DNA of 64,000 nucleotides from Alphaproteobacteria bacterium (GTDB taxonomy: Bacteria; Pseudomonadota; Alphaproteobacteria; Puniceispirillales; Puniceispirillaceae): the NCBI GenBank assembly GCA_011524995.1, contig WTJA01000028.1, positions 15,453 to 79,452 of the forward strand, given 5' to 3'. Below, piece by piece: positions 62,820 through 64,000 of the stretch. The notes under the pieces were generated by a model. The model saw nothing but the letters and a program-made list of their open reading frames with translations. It had not been told where the DNA came from and ran no database searches. Position 1 is the first letter of the stretch, and each line of letters starts with the position of its first letter. The position numbers were made by a program, and so were the translations under genes.

Positions 62820-64000
62820 TTAAGCCCCTTTGGCCTTGTCATCGTCGACTTCTTCAAATTCCGCATCGACAACGCCATCATCATTAGTGGCACCACCTGC
62901 TGCTGCCTCAGCCATGCCTTCTTCACCGCCAGCGGCTTGATAGGCAGCTTCACCCATCTTCATCATGGCGTTTGACAAGGCTTCTGTCTTGGCTTTGATA
63001 GCCTCGCTATCATCACCTTCGAGCGCGGTTTTCACCTCAGCAATAGCGGCTTCAACATCTGATTTCAAAGCACCATCAGCCTTGTCACCTAGCTCAGTTA
63101 ATGATTTTTCTGCGCCATGGACCAAAGCTTCGGCTTGGTTGCGTGTTTCTACATCTTCACGGCGCTTCTTATCAGCTTCAGCATTGGCTTCTGCATCTTT
63201 GATCATATCTTCGATGTCAGTATCCTCTAAGCCACCAGAGGCTTTGATTGAAATGGCCTGCTCTTTGCCTGTTGCTTTATCTTTGGCAGAGACTTTCACA
63301 ATACCATTGGCATCAATATCGAATGTGACTTCAATCTGTGGGACGCCGCGCGGGGCTGGTGCAATGCCTTCAAGATTAAATTGCCCGAGCAATTTGTTAT
63401 CTTGCGCCATCTCACGCTCACCTTGGAAGACAGAGATTGTCACAGCTGGCTGATTATCATCAGCTGTTGAGAAAACCTGGCTTTTCTTTGTTGGGATTGT
63501 TGTGTTTCTATCAATCAGACGTGTGAAGACACCGCCCAATGTTTCAATCCCCAATGACAAAGGTGTGACATCAAGCAACAGGACATCTTTCACATCGCCT
63601 GTCAAAACGCCGGCTTGAATTGCCGCACCAGAGGCCACTACCTCATCAGGGTTCACACCACGATGTGGCTCTTTACCAAAGAATTCGGTTACCTTTTCAA
63701 TGATTTTCGGCATACGTGTCATACCACCAACCAAAATCACTTCGTCGATTTCAGAGGCGGCAATACCGGCATCTTTCAAGGCTTTGCGACAAGGCTCAAG
63801 CGAACGCGCAACCAATGTCTCAACAAGCTGTTCCAATTTGGCGCGCGATAATTTGACATTCAAATGTTTCGGCCCTGACTGGTCAGCTGTGATAAAGGGT
63901 AGGTTCACCTCTGTCTGCATCGCAGATGATAGTTCAATCTTGGCTTTTTCAGCGGCTTCTTTCAAACGCTGAAGCGCCAATTTATCACCGCGCAAATCAA
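62820..64000 (-). CDS. dnaK: Molecular chaperone DnaK, C-terminal about 390 aa (5' part off the window)
   Basis: It has [40 protein letters not shown] and [12 protein letters not shown]. The frame stays open to position 64000. Confidence 0.97.
   Translation of the reverse strand, partial: DLRGDKLALQRLKEAAEKAKIELSSAMQTEVNLPFITADQSGPKHLNVKLSRAKLEQLVETLVARSLEPCRKALKDAGIAASEIDEVILVGGMTRMPKIIEKVTEFFGKEPHRGVNPDEVVASGAAIQAGVLTGDVKDVLLLDVTPLSLGIETLGGVFTRLIDRNTTIPTKKSQVFSTADDNQPAVTISVFQGEREMAQDNKLLGQFNLEGIAPAPRGVPQIEVTFDIDANGIVKVSAKDKATGKEQAISIKASGGLEDTDIEDMIKDAEANAEADKKRREDVETRNQAEALVHGAEKSLTELGDKADGALKSDVEAAIAEVKTALEGDDSEAIKAKTEALSNAMMKMGEAAYQAAGGEEGMAEAAAGGATNDDGVVDAEFEEVDDDKAKGA

Overview
This window is a core-chromosome segment with clear alphaproteobacterial gene content and synteny, roughly 50% GC by eye. 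I call about 57 protein-coding genes, about 44 of them on the minus strand.

Main blocks:
- 1-5.2 kb: three EamA/DMT transporters, a type II haloacid dehalogenase and metZ.
- 5.2-7.1 kb: the RegB/RegA (ActS/ActR) redox two-component system.
- 7.2-14.2 kb: gyrB-recF-dnaN-dnaA-rpsT.
- 14.8-20.8 kb: mutM, then ubiE-ubiB-coaBC-dut and a MoeB/ThiF-like gene.
- 22.5-25.1 kb: fabA-fabB-fabI.
- 25.1-34.8 kb: the rimP-nusA-ylxR-infB-rbfA-truB-rpsO-pnp operon.
- 34.9-43.6 kb: trmB, metK, then the lnt-corC-ybeY-ybeZ-miaB block, then rimI and tsaB.
- 43.7-46.2 kb: a polysaccharide deacetylase convergent with a Bax-like glucosaminidase.
- 46.3-55.2 kb: an Nfu/NifU scaffold gene, trpS, murJ, glnD and mutS.
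- 55.3-64.0 kb: maeB, a PfkB kinase, nth, dapB, dnaJ and a dnaK fragment.

I found no rRNA, tRNA, CRISPR array, transposase, integrase, phage gene or recognisable defence or toxin-antitoxin locus. I do not see a multi-gene novel system here; the window looks like ordinary housekeeping DNA.

The leads I can support from the sequence:
1. An in-frame helix-turn-helix-like N-terminal extension on CoaBC. It is embedded in a helically phased array of seven TTCACA/TGTGAA sites, which also resemble relaxed DnaA boxes.
2. A TGCCAAA/TTTGGCA motif family and a GANTC cluster confined to the two spacers flanking dnaA.
3. A lipoprotein with a 13-aa repeat whose two DNA copies differ only at synonymous positions.
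4. A Bax-like glucosaminidase with a long transmembrane plus coiled-coil N-terminus.

All functional calls come from my own recognition of the translated ORFs. No database search was run.
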